Below, one piece after another: positions 8,681 through 17,453 of a DNA stretch of 64,000 bases (position 1 is its first letter; each line of letters begins with the position of its first letter). The position numbers were made by a program, and so were the translations under genes. This stretch comes from an uncultured Actinomycetota bacterium (lineage in GTDB: Bacteria > Actinomycetota > Actinomycetes > Actinomycetales > Dermatophilaceae). The stretch lies in contig CAVVXY010000004.1 of assembly GCA_963752365.1 (NCBI GenBank), forward strand, positions 3,903 through 67,902, read 5' to 3'. The notes under the pieces were generated by a model. That model made no database searches. It saw only the letters and a list, made by a program, of their open reading frames with translations, and was not told the origin of the DNA.

Positions 8681-9322
8681 ATGAGACTGCTCCACGTCGT
8701 CGCCACCCCCCGCGGCGACAGGTCCCACACGCTCCCGATCGCCAAGGCCTACCTCGACGCCGTCCTCGAGGCGGAGCCGTCGACCGAGATCGACGAGATC
8801 GACCTCTTCGCCCTCGACCTGCCCGCCATCGCCGGGACCAACATCCGGGCCAAGTACATGCTCATGGGCGGCCAGCCGCTCGACGACGACGCCGCCGCTT
8901 CGTGGGCCGACATCGAGCGGTTGAACCGGCGCTTCCTCGAGGCCGACAGCTACCTGCTCTCGGTGCCGATGTGGAACTTCACCGTCCCCTACGTCCTCAA
9001 GTACTACATCGACTGCATCATCCAGCCCGGCTACGCCTTCCGCGTCGAGCCGACGGGCATCGTCCCCCTCGTCCTCGGTCGGCGGATGGTCTGCATCACC
9101 TCGCGCGGATCCGACTACGGCCCCGGCTCGCCGTACGAGCCCTTCGACTTCCTCGAGAGCTACCTGCGCGCGATCTTCGGCTTCGTCGGCATCACCGACA
9201 TGGACTTCGTCAACGCCCAGCCGATGGACTATGGCCCCGACCTCCGAACCGCAGCCGCGGCAGCGGCGGCGACGTCGGCCCGTGCGCTCGGTCTCGCGTC
9301 GCGACTGGAGGTCGCCTCCTGA
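8681..9322 (+). CDS. azoR: FMN-dependent NADH-azoreductase / NAD(P)H quinone oxidoreductase
   Basis: ORF 8681..9322. Flavodoxin-like-fold azoreductase pattern LLSVPMWNFTVPYVLKYYID and ITSRGSDYG. Confidence 0.8.
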   Translation: MRLLHVVATPRGDRSHTLPIAKAYLDAVLEAEPSTEIDEIDLFALDLPAIAGTNIRAKYMLMGGQPLDDDAAASWADIERLNRRFLEADSYLLSVPMWNFTVPYVLKYYIDCIIQPGYAFRVEPTGIVPLVLGRRMVCITSRGSDYGPGSPYEPFDFLESYLRAIFGFVGITDMDFVNAQPMDYGPDLRTAAAAAAATSARALGLASRLEVAS

Positions 9323-9442
9323 CGTCGGCGGGGAGACGCGACGCACCTTCCTACCGCCGGTAACCTTGCGGTACAGTCGGTACCTGACACAGCGAGTACC
9401 GGGTACATCGGTGCTCGGCGACCGATCCAGGAAGGTCCGGCC

Positions 9443-10780
9443 ATGGCCGCCCACACTCCCTCCCTCGCGACGAAGGGGCAGCGCGCGGGACTGCGCCTCC
9501 TCCAGCGCGCGACGCACCTGCCCGGCATGGACAACCCCGCCGTCCGGCGGGGCGTTGAGCGGGTCCTCTACACGTCGAGCAAGCACGGCTTCCGTCTCGC
9601 CGACGAGGCGAGCCGTCGCGTCTTCGCCGCCCGCAGGGGCAGTGGGGACCCGACGCGCGTCACCCCGACGGCGCCCCGGGGCGTCTTCGACCTGACGCCG
9701 ACCGAGGACCAGCAGATGCTGCGCGACGCCGCGGCCGAGCTCGCCGACGAGGTCATCCGTCCGGCCGCCGCGCAGGCCGACACCGAGCGGGCCGTGCCCG
9801 ACAAGGTCGCCGTCGCCGCCGCCGAGATGGGGCTGACCCTCGTCGGTCTCCCGGGCGAGCTCGGCGGCATCGCCGAGGAGCGCTCCGCCGTCGCGAGCTG
9901 CCTCGTCCTCGAGCAGCTGGCCCGCGGCGACATGGGGATCGCGACCGCCCTCATGGCCCCGGCCGCCGTCGCCGGCGTCATCGCCGCCTACGGCAGCGCC
10001 GCCCAGCAGGCGACCTACCTCCCCGCATTCACCGGGGAGGAGGGTGAGGAGCCGCCGGCCCGCGCCGCCCTCGCCCTCCTCGAGCCGGGCGCGCTCGCCG
10101 ACGTGACCCGTCCCCGCACCCTCGGCACGACCCGCGGTGCCGACCTCGTCCTGCGCGGCACCAAGGCGCTCGTCCCGGGGGCCGCCGATGCCGACCTCCT
10201 CGTCGTCTCGGCCCTCGTCGACGGCGCCCCCCGGCTCGTCCTCGTCGAGTCGAATGCCGCGGGGCTGCGCGTCGAGGACGACCCCGCCATGGGCCTGCGT
10301 GCGGCCCGGACCGGTCGCGTCGTCCTCGACGACGTCACCGTGCCCGTCGCCAACCTCCTCGGGACGACGCAGGACCACCTCGACACCGTGCGCCGCGCCC
10401 GCCTCGCCTGGTCCGCCGCGGCGGTCGGGACCGGCCAGGCCGTCCTCGACCACGTGAGCGGCTACGTGAAGGAGCGCAAGGCATTCGGCGAGCCCATCGC
10501 CCAGCGACAGGCCGTCGCGTTCATGGTCGCCGACATCGCGATCGAGCTCGACGCGATCCGCCTGGTCGTCCTCAAGGCCGCCGCGCGGCTCGACGCCGGC
10601 AAGGACGCGACGCAGGAGATCGCCCACGCCCGCACCCTCGTCGCGCGCCACGGCGCGGTCATCGGGTCCCATGCCGTTCAGCTCCTCGGCGGGCACGGCT
10701 TCGTCAAGGAGTTCGACAACGAGCGCTGGTACCGCGACCTGCGCGGCGCCGGCGTCATCGAAGGAGTGCTGTACGCATGA
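9443..10780 (+). CDS. acyl-CoA dehydrogenase family protein with about 80-aa N-terminal extension
   Basis: ORF 9443..10780, with AGGAAGG before the ATG. ACAD-like C-terminus QLLGGHGFVKEFDNERWYRDLR. Stop overlaps the next start (ATGA 10777-10780). Confidence 0.8.
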   Translation: MAAHTPSLATKGQRAGLRLLQRATHLPGMDNPAVRRGVERVLYTSSKHGFRLADEASRRVFAARRGSGDPTRVTPTAPRGVFDLTPTEDQQMLRDAAAELADEVIRPAAAQADTERAVPDKVAVAAAEMGLTLVGLPGELGGIAEERSAVASCLVLEQLARGDMGIATALMAPAAVAGVIAAYGSAAQQATYLPAFTGEEGEEPPARAALALLEPGALADVTRPRTLGTTRGADLVLRGTKALVPGAADADLLVVSALVDGAPRLVLVESNAAGLRVEDDPAMGLRAARTGRVVLDDVTVPVANLLGTTQDHLDTVRRARLAWSAAAVGTGQAVLDHVSGYVKERKAFGEPIAQRQAVAFMVADIAIELDAIRLVVLKAAARLDAGKDATQEIAHARTLVARHGAVIGSHAVQLLGGHGFVKEFDNERWYRDLRGAGVIEGVLYA

Positions 10781-12045
10781 TCAACCTCGACGTCCCCCAC
10801 AAGTTCCGACCCCTCATCGAGTCCGCCCGCGGCTTCGCCGAGGAGGTCATGCGACCGGTGTCGCGGCACTACGACCGGGCCGAGCACGAGTACCCCAAGG
10901 AGCTCGACCTCGTCTCCGCCGTCATCGACGGCATGTCTGACTCGGGCACCGGCCAGGGCGCCGGTGCGGCCGGCTCCACGAAGGTCAAGGAGGCCGACGC
11001 CTCCTCCGGCGAGGGGCGGGTCGCCGGGGTCGGCGGCGGCCGGAAGGGCAAGGGCGGCAACGAGGTTCGCAACGGCGCCAACATGTCCTCCGTCCTGTCG
11101 ATCATGGAGACCTGCCGCGGGGACGTCGGCCTCACCCTGTCGATCCCGCGCCAGGGCCTCGGCAACGCCGCGATCGCCGCCGTCGCCAACGACGAGCAGA
11201 AGGCCCGCTACGGCAACCGCTGGGCGGCGATGGCGATCACCGAGCCGGACACCGGGTCGGACTCGGGCAGCATTCGCACGACGGCCGTCCGGGACGGCGA
11301 TGAGTACGTCCTCGACGGCGAGAAGATCTACGTCACCGCGGGCGAGCGGGCCGAGCTCGTCGTCGTCTGGGCGACCCTCGACCGGTCCCTCGGCAAGCAG
11401 GCGATCAAGTCCTTCGTCGTCGAGCGGAGCAACCCCGGGCTCCGGCTCGTCCGCCTCGAGCACAAGCTCGGAATCCGCGCGTCCGACACCGCGGCGTTCC
11501 ATCTCGAGAAGTGCCGCGTCCCGGCCCGCGACCTGCTGGGCGACCCGGAGATCCGGATCGCCGGCGGGTTCGGCGGGGCCATGGAGACCTTCGACAACAC
11601 CCGGCCGCTCGTCGCCGCGATGGCCGTCGGCCTGACCCGCGCCTGCCTCGACCGGACGACCGAGCTCCTGGCCGCGCAGGGCATCAGCGTCGACTGGGAC
11701 CGCGCGCTCCTCACCCAGTCCGCGGCCGCGGCCCGGCTCGGGGCGCTCGAGGCGGAGTACGAGGCCGCCTACCTCCTCACCCTGCGAGCCGCGTGGATGG
11801 CCGACAACGGGCGCCCGAACTCGATGGAGGCGTCGATGGCCAAGGCCAAGGCGGGTCGCACGTGCGTCGACGTCGCCCTCGCCTGCGTCGAGCTCGCCGG
11901 CGCCGACGGCTACGCCGAGACCGAGCTCCTCGAGAAGTGGGCCCGCGACTCCAAGATCCTCGACATCTTCGAGGGCACCCAGCAGATCCAGCTCCTCGTC
12001 GTCGCGCGGCGCCTCCTCGGGCTCTCCTCGAGCCAGCTCAAGTAG
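10777..12045 (+). CDS. acyl-CoA dehydrogenase
   Basis: ORF 10777..12045. Motifs AMAITEPDTGSDSGS and DIFEGTQQIQ (catalytic-Glu region). Contains a Gly/Ser/Lys-rich insertion near residue 60-110. Confidence 0.85.
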   Translation: MINLDVPHKFRPLIESARGFAEEVMRPVSRHYDRAEHEYPKELDLVSAVIDGMSDSGTGQGAGAAGSTKVKEADASSGEGRVAGVGGGRKGKGGNEVRNGANMSSVLSIMETCRGDVGLTLSIPRQGLGNAAIAAVANDEQKARYGNRWAAMAITEPDTGSDSGSIRTTAVRDGDEYVLDGEKIYVTAGERAELVVVWATLDRSLGKQAIKSFVVERSNPGLRLVRLEHKLGIRASDTAAFHLEKCRVPARDLLGDPEIRIAGGFGGAMETFDNTRPLVAAMAVGLTRACLDRTTELLAAQGISVDWDRALLTQSAAAARLGALEAEYEAAYLLTLRAAWMADNGRPNSMEASMAKAKAGRTCVDVALACVELAGADGYAETELLEKWARDSKILDIFEGTQQIQLLVVARRLLGLSSSQLK

Positions 12046-12082
12046 GCCACTCCCGGGTGGCGAATGCCGCCCGACGCCCGCC

Positions 12083-12088
12083 TATCAT
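12083..12088 (+). promoter_or_regulatory. -10 box TATCAT, leaderless promoter
   Basis: TATCAT lies 6 nt upstream of GTG 12095. Confidence 0.45.
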
Positions 12089-12094
12089 CGGCGC

Positions 12095-13594
12095 GTGGTC
12101 GCGGCATTCACCCCGGGGGAGGCGAAGCAGTGGCACTCGGCCGTCCCCTCGGAGTGGTGGTGGGTGCCGGTGCTCGCCCTCGGAGCTGTCGCCGGTCTCC
12201 TCTCGGTGGGGTCGACGGACCGGACGCCGTTCGTCGTCGGCGTCCTCCTCGCGGCGGGCATGCTCCTCTGCCTGTGGCCGGCGCTCGGGGCCGCCGTCGC
12301 CGTCGGAGCCGCGGTGACGATGCCCCTCGTCGGCGCCCTGCCGCGCGTCCAGGTCGCCGTCGCGGCCTTCGCCGCGTCGTCGCTCCTCCTCCTCGGCCTC
12401 CGGGTCGCCGGTCAGCTACGCCAGCTCCGGATCGCAGAGACGGCCGCCCGGACACAGTCCGTCCCACACCGGCCACGCGTGCTCGGCCCGTGGCGCTGGC
12501 GGCGGGCGCTCGCGGCCATCGCCGGTCTCGTCGCCCTGGGCGTGGGGGTCTGGCTCACCATCGCCGCCACGGCCTCGGCGTCCGTCGCACCGTGGGCGGG
12601 CCTGCTCGTCCCGCCGGCCGCCGCGGTCGCCCTGCTCATGGGACGCCTCGTCACGGCGCCCTACCTGTGGCCGAACCGCTGGGCCGGCGTGGCGCTCGAG
12701 GCGCAGGTCTGGCCCGACGGCGTCGTCGCACTCCGCGCCGCCGGCGACCGCGTCGCGGTCGCGCGCTACCTCGCGAGCCTGCCCGAGAGCGTGTCCGCCT
12801 CCGCCGCTGCCTCTCTCGCGCCTGCGAATGCCCCGACCGCACCCGCCCAGCCCGCGGCGCCGCCGTCTCCCTACCCCCAGCCGTCCGCGTGGCAGACCGT
12901 GCGACGGCTCCCGCCCCAGCCCACGCCCCCGGTGACGACGTCGGCGGCGGCGGCGACCCCGCATTCGCCCCAGCCGGAGCCCGGGCCCCCGTGGCATGCC
13001 GTCGACGCGGTCGGCGACCTCCGCGACGGCGGCTGGGCGGCGGTCGTCCTCGACGGCGTGACCCTGCACCCGATCGCTCCCCTCCAGGGCATCGCCGAGC
13101 TCGGCGACGTCGTGCAACGCGTCGCGCAGGCAGGCGCCCGCACGGGGTTCGACCGGTTCAAGGTGACGACGGGGCTCCTCCTGGGCGGGTTCGTCCTCAT
13201 GATGGCCGGCCTCTTCGGCGCCGCCGGGGAGTGGGAGGTGGCCACCGGCCACGGGACGCACGGACGGATCACGATCACCGAGCGGCACTGCTCGCAGGAC
13301 GGCAGGAGCCGGACCTGCACGTCGTACGGGCGCTTCGTCAGCGACGACGGCGGGAGCCTCCGCGACGACGTGTCCTTCGACCGCGACTCGTCCGTCGGCA
13401 CGACCCAACGCGCCGTGCTCACGAGCCGCGGTGACATCGAGACGCCGACGAGCAGCGACTTCGCGTTCTTCGCCGGGCTGAGCGGTGTCGGCATGACCCT
13501 GCTCCTCGTGTGGGGGCTGCGGGTCGTCGGCCGCCACCGCAAGCCCTGGTCGAGCCGCTGGCAGCCCGGGTCAGGCGGCCGGAAGGCGCCGTAG
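12095..13594 (+). CDS. multi-TM membrane protein, unknown function (paralog of 15579..17453)
   Basis: ORF 12095..13594, chosen over the overlapping frame 12064..13434 on hydrophobic helices and third-position GC. Shares the block VGDLRDGGWAAVVLDGVTLHPIAPLQG with the downstream paralog. Confidence 0.6.
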   Translation: MVAAFTPGEAKQWHSAVPSEWWWVPVLALGAVAGLLSVGSTDRTPFVVGVLLAAGMLLCLWPALGAAVAVGAAVTMPLVGALPRVQVAVAAFAASSLLLLGLRVAGQLRQLRIAETAARTQSVPHRPRVLGPWRWRRALAAIAGLVALGVGVWLTIAATASASVAPWAGLLVPPAAAVALLMGRLVTAPYLWPNRWAGVALEAQVWPDGVVALRAAGDRVAVARYLASLPESVSASAAASLAPANAPTAPAQPAAPPSPYPQPSAWQTVRRLPPQPTPPVTTSAAAATPHSPQPEPGPPWHAVDAVGDLRDGGWAAVVLDGVTLHPIAPLQGIAELGDVVQRVAQAGARTGFDRFKVTTGLLLGGFVLMMAGLFGAAGEWEVATGHGTHGRITITERHCSQDGRSRTCTSYGRFVSDDGGSLRDDVSFDRDSSVGTTQRAVLTSRGDIETPTSSDFAFFAGLSGVGMTLLLVWGLRVVGRHRKPWSSRWQPGSGGRKAP

Positions 13595-14953
13595 CCCGAC
13601 GACCGACCAGACGAGCGCGGCGAGGAGGACGACGGCGACGCCGCCGAGACCGATGCCGGGCACGAGCGGCATCGCGATCCCGATGAAGCCGCCGAGGACC
13701 CACGCGAGCTGGAGCGCCGTCTCCGACCGGGCGAAGGCGCTCGTCCGTCCCCGGTCGGGCACCTCCTCCTGGATGAGCGCGTCGACGGCGAGCTTGGCGT
13801 AGCCCTGGGTCAGCCCCGCGACGAAGGCGAGGACGGCGGCGGTCACCGCGGTCAGGGCGAATGCCGCGATGGCCACGAGGAGGGCGGCGAGCAGCAGCGC
13901 GAGGATCGCGCCCCGCTCGGGCCGGACCGCGCGCGCGTTGCCGAGCGCGATGCCGACGAGGTTGCCCGCGCCCGCCGCGACGGCGACGATGCCGAGGAGC
14001 AGCGTCCCGCGGTCGGACCAGCCCTCGAGCGGGTGCTCGCGCAGGAGGAAGGCGAGGTAGAGGACGAGGAAGCCCGAGAGGAGCCGCAGCCCGGTGTTGG
14101 CGCGCAGGCCGACGACGACGCGCGAGGGGATCTGGCTGCGGAGCGACTCGACGATCGACAGGTGGCTGCCGGTCTCGCCCTCACCGCGCGCGGTGTCGAC
14201 GGAGGCCGGCAGCAGGATCGCGAGGATCGTCCCGACGACGAAGACGACGAAGCCCGCGCGCAGCGACCACTCCGCACCGATCCGCGAGAGCCCGACGGCG
14301 ACGGGCGCGCCGACGGCGGCACCGACGATGCCGGCGAGGCCGATCCGCGAGTTCGCCTTGACGAGGGTCAGCTGCCCGGGGAGGACCCGCGGGACCGCGG
14401 CGGCCTTGGTCACGGCATACGCACGTCCGGCGACGAGGCACCCGAGGGCGGCCGCGAAGACGAGCGGCGACTGCTCGGCGACCGCACCGGCGAGCACCCA
14501 GCAGAGGAATGCGCGCACCGCCATCGTCGCCCCGACCGCCCACCGGCGCCCGTGCGAGAAGCGGTCGAGGAAGGGCCCGATGACCGGGGCGACGACGACG
14601 AAGGGGAGCATCGTCAGGGCGAGGAAGAGGGCGACCTGGCCGCGTGCCTCACCGGTCGGGACCTGGAAGAAGAGGGTGCCCGCGAGGGACACCGCGACGA
14701 AGGTGTCGCCGGCCGCGCCGACGGCGTGCAGCTCGATGAGCCGGAAGAAGCCGCTCTGACCGGCTCCGTCGGCCTGGCTCGCCCGCCGGGCCTGACCGTA
14801 GGTGGCCCGGCCGGCCCTGGCCGTGACCCGGCCGGCGCTCGCCGTCGCCCGCCCGGCCGCGCGGACCCCGCGGGCCGTTGCGCCGGCGGCACGCCGGACC
14901 CGGCGCGGCCGCTCGCTGCGCTCCGGGACCCCGGGCTCGTCCGGCTCGGCCAT
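13571..14953 (-). CDS. MFS transporter
   Basis: Internal ATG 14953 of ORF 13571..15328 (MAEPDEPG...). About 12 hydrophobic segments and PVIGPFLDRFSHGRRW loop motif. The upstream part of the ORF is Ser/Pro/Arg-rich noise. Confidence 0.8.
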   Translation of the reverse strand: MAEPDEPGVPERSERPRRVRRAAGATARGVRAAGRATASAGRVTARAGRATYGQARRASQADGAGQSGFFRLIELHAVGAAGDTFVAVSLAGTLFFQVPTGEARGQVALFLALTMLPFVVVAPVIGPFLDRFSHGRRWAVGATMAVRAFLCWVLAGAVAEQSPLVFAAALGCLVAGRAYAVTKAAAVPRVLPGQLTLVKANSRIGLAGIVGAAVGAPVAVGLSRIGAEWSLRAGFVVFVVGTILAILLPASVDTARGEGETGSHLSIVESLRSQIPSRVVVGLRANTGLRLLSGFLVLYLAFLLREHPLEGWSDRGTLLLGIVAVAAGAGNLVGIALGNARAVRPERGAILALLLAALLVAIAAFALTAVTAAVLAFVAGLTQGYAKLAVDALIQEEVPDRGRTSAFARSETALQLAWVLGGFIGIAMPLVPGIGLGGVAVVLLAALVWSVVGLRRLPAA

Positions 14954-14963
14954 CGGCTGACCC

Positions 14964-15503
14964 CTAGTGGGAGCGCTCACGTCGCGGTCGTGCGGGTGCG
15001 GGCGGGGGGCCGGCAGGACGGTCCGGTGTGTGAGGGACGGTGGGTGCGTCGGGAGTGGCGGTGGGGCCGTTGCGGTCGGCCACGGCCCGGGCGTCCGACG
15101 GCTGCCGCGTGTCGGTCGGAGCGATGCCGTGGACGACCCGTCGGCGCTCGCGGAGGACGAACACGGCGACGACGGCGATCGAGAGGGCGACGACGATCGC
15201 CCCGCAGAGGGCGCCGACGAAGAGCGAGAAGCCGATCTTGATGGCGAGCTCGGCGACGAGGTTGTCGTAGCCGAGGTCGGGCTCGTGCAGGCTCGCCCAC
15301 ATCGCGCCCGCCACGAAGCCGATCGCACCGAGCACGCCGACGAGCGTCATCCCCGCCGAGGTGAGGAGCAGCGCCCGCCCCGAGGGCACGGGGTCGGCAT
15401 CGGCCGGCGCCTCGGCGAAGCCGTCGAGGAAGTCGCCCGTGGGGTCGGGGTCGTCGCGAAGGGCATCCATCGGGTCCGAGCCTGCCACGTCCCACCGACG
15501 CAT
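14964..15503 (-). CDS. small membrane protein, unknown function
   Basis: Last 180 codons of ORF 14964..17153, from ATG 15503 (alternative ATG 15470). Two TM helices (LLLTSAGMTLVGVLGAIGFVAGAMW; IKIGFSLFVGALCGAIVVALSIAVVAVFVL). The remainder of the ORF is antisense to 15579..17453. Confidence 0.5.
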   Translation of the reverse strand: MRRWDVAGSDPMDALRDDPDPTGDFLDGFAEAPADADPVPSGRALLLTSAGMTLVGVLGAIGFVAGAMWASLHEPDLGYDNLVAELAIKIGFSLFVGALCGAIVVALSIAVVAVFVLRERRRVVHGIAPTDTRQPSDARAVADRNGPTATPDAPTVPHTPDRPAGPPPAPARPRRERSH

Positions 15504-15566
15504 CGCAGGCGCACCGCGCGGCCCGTGCGTGGCGCGAGGACTCCGAGGGCGCTCCTCGGTCGCGCG

Positions 15567-15572
15567 TAGCCT
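15567..15572 (+). promoter_or_regulatory. -10 box TAGCCT, leaderless promoter
   Basis: TAGCCT lies 6 nt upstream of GTG 15579. Confidence 0.45.
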
Positions 15573-15578
15573 TCGGGT

Positions 15579-17453
15579 GTGCGCACCGGGCTGACCGCGG
15601 ACGTGGCCGCCCGCTGGCGCGCGGCGGCGCCGCCGCGCTGGCCCCGAGCCGTCGCCGCGGCCGGATGGGTGGCCGCGCTCGTCGTCTCCGTGCTCGCCGA
15701 CACGCGCTCGTGCTCCACGACGGACCCGACGGTGTGCGGACCGGACCTCGGGTTCGCCGTCGCAGCCGTCTTCCTCGTCGGGGCGATCGCGCTCCTGTTC
15801 TACCGCCCGGTGCTCGCCGCGACGTGCGCCGTCGTCTTCGCCGCGGCCGACCTGCGTTTCGACCCCCTGGTGGCGGCGAATGCCGCGTGGCTCGTGTCCG
15901 CATTCCTCACCGTCGGCGCGGCAGCGCTGCGGCATCGCGCGATCCGGACCCAGCGGCGGATCATCGACGAGGTCGCCGACGACGTCCGGCTGGAACCCGT
16001 CCCGCCCGGCCCGCGTCCCCGCGACACCATCGAGCGGGTGTTCGCCATCGGGGTCGTCCTCGCCCTCGCCGGAGTCGTCGGGTGCCTCGGGCTGTGGCGG
16101 ACGGCGGAGGACGAGGAGGCGACCCACCGCGCGCGCAGCGTCGTCGTCGAGGGCACGGTGACGGCGGTGGCGGCCGAGGACGACGGGGACACGAGGTTGA
16201 CGCTGCGCCTCGACCGTCTCGTCGGGGGCATCGGGGAGACCGTTCGCGTCGACAGCCTCGACGACCACGCCGTCGGCGACGTCCTGCCCGTCCGGGTCGA
16301 CCCGACGGACGCGGACTGGACCCATCTCGTGGCCGAACCTCCGGACCAGACCTGGTGGGCCACCCTCGCCGGGCTCGCCCTGCTCGGCGGGCTCGTCTGC
16401 GGGGCGCGGGCCGCAGCCGGGCCTGTGCGCCGGCGCCTGCTCTCCGGGTCGCGCCAACGGGGGCCGCGGGTCCGCTGGTTCGTCGACGACGCGGACCTGC
16501 TCCACCTCGTGACCCTCGACGAGGACCAGGTCGTGGCGGAGTTCCCGGTGGAGGAGACCCTGCGACTCGCGACGGCGCTCGACCGGACGCCCGGTCCGCC
16601 ACGCGACGGCCGGCTCGTCGGCGACGTCCGCGAGGGCGGGTGGGTGGCCGTCCTCACCGATGGCGCCCGCCTCCTGCCGGTCGGTCCACTGCTGTCCGGG
16701 GAGCTCCTCCTCTTCGACGCCGACGACCTCGAACGCGACCCGGAGGACGTCGCGGCGTGGACCGATGAGGTGCCGGCCGGGACCGTCCCGCACCCGTTGC
16801 CCTACACCCCGCCGACGCCCTGGTGGTCCCGCGGTCTCGGCCTCCTCGCCCTCGCCGGCTCGGTCGCGTGGGTCTGGGTGGCCGGCGCCGGCTCCACGAA
16901 CCCCTGGCTCGCCGTCCTGCACGTCGCCGCCCCCGTGGGTCTTGCGTACGCCGGCTGGGAGCGGCTCGTGCACCGGGCGACGGTGACGGACGCGTCCGTC
17001 GAGCTCGTCGGTCCCCTCGTCACCCGGCGGGTCCCCCTCTCCGCGGTCCAGTCGGTCCGGATCTCGGCGGAGGGGTCGGTCGTCCTCCTCGTCGGCGGCG
17101 ACGACGTCGTCGAGCTCCGGCCGCCGGATCCGGACCCGGTGGAGCTCGAGCATCTCGAGAGCGAGATCGAGAGCGAGAGCGAGATCGAGGGTGAGGACGA
17201 CGACCGTGACTGGGAGGGGCTCGAGCGCCTCCGGGCGGACTCGGCCGCCCGCCTCGGGGCCGCCGTCGAGCAGGCCCGCGATGCCGTGCTCCGCTCTCAG
17301 CTCAGCGACCTCCCGACCGGCGCGACCTCGCGACAGCAGGTGCCGGGGCGGCGGGGCGCGGGCGCGGTCTCCGGGCCGTCACGCTGGTTGCCGGCCGTGG
17401 TCCTCACCTGGCTGGTGCTCGGCGTGGTCCTCCTCGCGCGCTGGTCCGGCTGA
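15579..17453 (+). CDS. multi-TM membrane protein, unknown function (paralog of 12095..13594)
   Basis: ORF 15579..17453. N-terminal TM bundle, a soluble block VGDVREGGWVAVLTDGARLLPVGPLLSG matching the paralog, an acidic ESEIESESEIEGEDDD run and a C-terminal TM helix. Confidence 0.6.
   Translation: MRTGLTADVAARWRAAAPPRWPRAVAAAGWVAALVVSVLADTRSCSTTDPTVCGPDLGFAVAAVFLVGAIALLFYRPVLAATCAVVFAAADLRFDPLVAANAAWLVSAFLTVGAAALRHRAIRTQRRIIDEVADDVRLEPVPPGPRPRDTIERVFAIGVVLALAGVVGCLGLWRTAEDEEATHRARSVVVEGTVTAVAAEDDGDTRLTLRLDRLVGGIGETVRVDSLDDHAVGDVLPVRVDPTDADWTHLVAEPPDQTWWATLAGLALLGGLVCGARAAAGPVRRRLLSGSRQRGPRVRWFVDDADLLHLVTLDEDQVVAEFPVEETLRLATALDRTPGPPRDGRLVGDVREGGWVAVLTDGARLLPVGPLLSGELLLFDADDLERDPEDVAAWTDEVPAGTVPHPLPYTPPTPWWSRGLGLLALAGSVAWVWVAGAGSTNPWLAVLHVAAPVGLAYAGWERLVHRATVTDASVELVGPLVTRRVPLSAVQSVRISAEGSVVLLVGGDDVVELRPPDPDPVELEHLESEIESESEIEGEDDDRDWEGLERLRADSAARLGAAVEQARDAVLRSQLSDLPTGATSRQQVPGRRGAGAVSGPSRWLPAVVLTWLVLGVVLLARWSG

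Noticed and set aside
12064-13434. Alternative 456-aa ORF overlapping the 12095..13594 membrane-protein gene in another frame.
   Set aside because: Its translation is Arg/Pro/Gly-rich noise. The 12095 frame has TM helices, G/C-rich third positions and a TATCAT-N6-GTG leaderless promoter.
17155-17195. GAGATCGAGAGCGAGAGCGAGATCGAGGGTGAG low-complexity DNA repeat.
   Set aside because: It simply encodes the acidic ESEIESESEIEGE run inside the 15579..17453 gene. It is not an independent repeat element.
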